Below, one piece after another: positions 61,449-64,000 of a stretch of 64,000 bases of DNA. Each line of letters begins with the position of its first letter. Position 1 is the first letter of the stretch. The notes under the pieces are model-generated. The model worked only from the letters and a program-made list of their open reading frames with translations. It was not told where the DNA came from and searched no databases. Location: NCBI RefSeq assembly GCF_006345805.1, contig NC_043025.1, forward strand, positions 2,604,001 to 2,668,000, given 5' to 3'. The DNA comes from Octopus sinensis (Eukaryota). The position numbers were made by a program, and so were the translations under genes.

Positions 61449-64000
61449 TATGTTTGACTTTTGCTTTATATTTGTACAAGTTGGCTCCAAGTCTCACCCA
61501 GAAACCTCAAGAGACAACAGGTTGGAAGTTCATGTTGTTGTTATGCCTAGTGTGCCATATATTTGGGGTGGGGGGAGTTTTTGGTGTTGTACTAATGAAT
61601 GTCTAAAAAAAAAAATTTTTTTAAACCGAAAATTATGTTTGTTTTAAACCTTGAGATTACATAGAAAGTATTTTGCGTATGATATGAGCAGTTCCCATGA
61701 GCACTATCTTTTGAATTTCTGCCATTTTGGGGTTTCCTGGTATCTGAGTTAGGTAGCTATCAGCCCCTTTTGCTGTCATTCCCAGGGCACCTATGACAAC
61801 AGGTATTGTTTTAGTCTTCAGCTTCCACCTTTTGCTGATTTGTATATCAAGATCTTTATACTTGCTCAGTTTTGGTAGGTCTTGACAGATACGTTTATAT
61901 CGATTGGGACAGTCATATCAATGAGGAGGCATGTTCTTTGTTTGAAGTCTTTCAATATGATGTCTGGCCTATTTGCATCTATCTTTCTGTCAGTTTGAAT
62001 GGTGAAGTTCCAGAGGAGTGAGATGTGGTCATTTTCAAGTACTGGAGGTGGTTTGTGTTCCCTCCAGTTTTTTTCATGGAGCAAATCCAGGTTTTTGCAG
62101 ATTACCCAGTGAATATATTGTGCAGCTCTATCATGCCTGTTGAGATACTCTGTAGGCGCAAGAAGACTGCAGTTGGAGACAACATGATCAATGGTTATAT
62201 TTTGTTGTTGACATACACGACATGTTGGGCTACTGCCGTTCTTTAATATGTTTGCCTGGTAGTTTCTCCCTGGTAGGCATTGATCTTGTGCTGCTATGAT
62301 AAACCCTTCTGTTTCAGATTTTAAACCAGAGGCCATTAGCCATTGATGGCTCAGGGCTTTGTCAACGTCTGCATTAATCACTCTCTTTGGATATTTGCCA
62401 TTGAGAGGTTTTTCTTACCATTTATCATTCAGAATATCTAAGGCAGCTGTTTTAGCACGGGTTTTCTTAGCTTTTTCTGTGCTTGTTTCTTGTGTGTCTA
62501 TCTCTAATTCCGGAATTCGTTGTATTCAGAATTCACTAAGATATTCCTTTGCCTGTTTTGTTATTGAGTATGATGCTTTCTCGTTTCCATTTTTTGAGAC
62601 AAATTTTAACATCCAGTCCTCAGAGTTTTTCCGATAGATCTCTAGGCCAATTGTAACAACCTTCATTGTTATTGCCAGTTGTAAAAGCCCACGGCCTCCC
62701 TCCTTTCTTGGTAGATAAAGTCGATCTATATCTGCCTTAGGGTGGTGCATTCTATGCATTGTCATCGGTTTTCGTATTTTTCTGTCAAGATTACATATTT
62801 CAGTAATTGACCAGTTAACGATATTGAAACTATAAGTCACAACTGGTATGGCTAATGCATTGATCGCTTCGATCCTGTTTCTCGCATTCAGCTCTGTCTT
62901 GAGTATTGCTCTTATTCTGCGATAACAGTCTCTCCTTGTCCTTTCCTTCATCATTGAATGCCTTATTCCGTCCGCGCCAGTTACCCCTAGGTACTTGTAG
63001 CTCTCCACTGGGTCTAACTCTTTTATGACATTCTGCTGGTCGAGGTAAACGTTAGATGTTTGTATCATTTTTCCTTTGATAAAAGTAGCTTTTGCACATT
63101 TATCGAGGCCAAATTGCATTCTGATATCATCACTGAATTGTTTAACAATCGCTCGTAAGCCCTTGAGTTGTTGGTTATTTTTTGCAAAGAACTTTAAATC
63201 ATCCATGTAAATGAGATGATTTATATTTTTATCCAACATTTTATTATATCCGCACTGTGCATCATTGAGCAATTTTGAGAGAGGTATTAAGGCTAAACAA
63301 AAGAGGAGTGGTGATCGTGTGTCACCCTGGAAGATGCCATATGAAATATTTACATCACCAGCATTTAGAAATTCATCGTCACTGTTCAAAGTTAGTGCGG
63401 TTCTCCATGATCTCATACTTACAGACAAAATGTTTCGCAGAGTAGGCGCTATTTTGTACATTTCTATGCATTTCTTTATCCAGCTATGTGGTAGGCTATC
63501 AAAAGCCTTTTTATAGTCTATCCAGGCTATTGACAAGTTTTTGTGTCGTTTGTGACAATGTTCTAAGATCATCTTATTGATGAGTAGCTGATCTTTCCAA
63601 CCATAGGATCCACATTTACATCCTTTCTGATCATTAGGGAATATGCTGCTGTCTATTACAAAACTATAGGTATATTCCGTCAGGACATATGTTAGCATTT
63701 TATACTTAGTTGTTAAGCAGGTTATGGTTCTATAGTTTTTTGGTTCATTTGTTTCTTCACGTTTTGGGAGCAAGAATGTTAAACCATTAACTAGCCAAGC
63801 AGGCAACCTACTAGGGTGTTTCAAAACATCATTGTACTGTTCTGTTAGCAGTCCATGGCTCTCTGGGAAGGCATTCAACCAGAAGTTAGGAATTTTATCC
63901 TTCCCTGGAGACTTCCATTTGCTTGACCTCCCGAGAGCAGATCTTACATCCTCTACCTTAACACCCACCCACTTTTGCTCCTCTAAGGAGTACAAGTTTT
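61448..64000 (-). mobile_element. R4/Dong-like non-LTR retrotransposon (RT, CCHC knuckle, restriction-like endonuclease), frameshifted, continues past the window edge
   Basis: NYRTITCL, DQKGC, WIDYKKAFDSLPH, GIFQGD.SPLLFCL, HLIYMDDLKFF; CRVC..TIDHVVSNC; NRPDIIL..LIDMTVP; (AAT)n tail. Confidence 0.9.

Overview
Eukaryotic, gene-free, repeat-saturated window. The mix of (TA)n-embedded Penelope-like, CR1-like, RTE, R4-like, mariner and Helitron remnants resembles a cephalopod (Octopus-like) genome; this taxon call is inference. No host gene was recognised. The centre is a ~22.2 kb array of a 69-bp unit (21335-~43547, ~320 copies, left edge at a 100-N gap). One frame of the unit reads ETAEQRALRNTQNAAATAKARAS, a 23-aa STPR-like repeat. 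The array runs directly into a decayed Helitron PIF1 helicase with a Helitron-type 3' hairpin end, and more Helitron RepHel lies inverted across the gap, so it looks like a Helitron coding repeat amplified into a satellite with higher-order structure. The flanks hold Penelope-like elements and short (TA)n-bounded palindromes or partial tandem repeats. These carry about 14 type I hammerhead-ribozyme motifs from about 7 families, including non-canonical cores. Also present: three CR1-group LINE copies (two inverted, near-identical, sharing an RT-killing deletion), a Ty3/Gypsy gag-protease remnant, three Tc1/mariner remnants, an RTE 3' fragment, and an R4/Dong-like LINE running off the right edge. 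All structures were read by eye; no folding or database searches were run.
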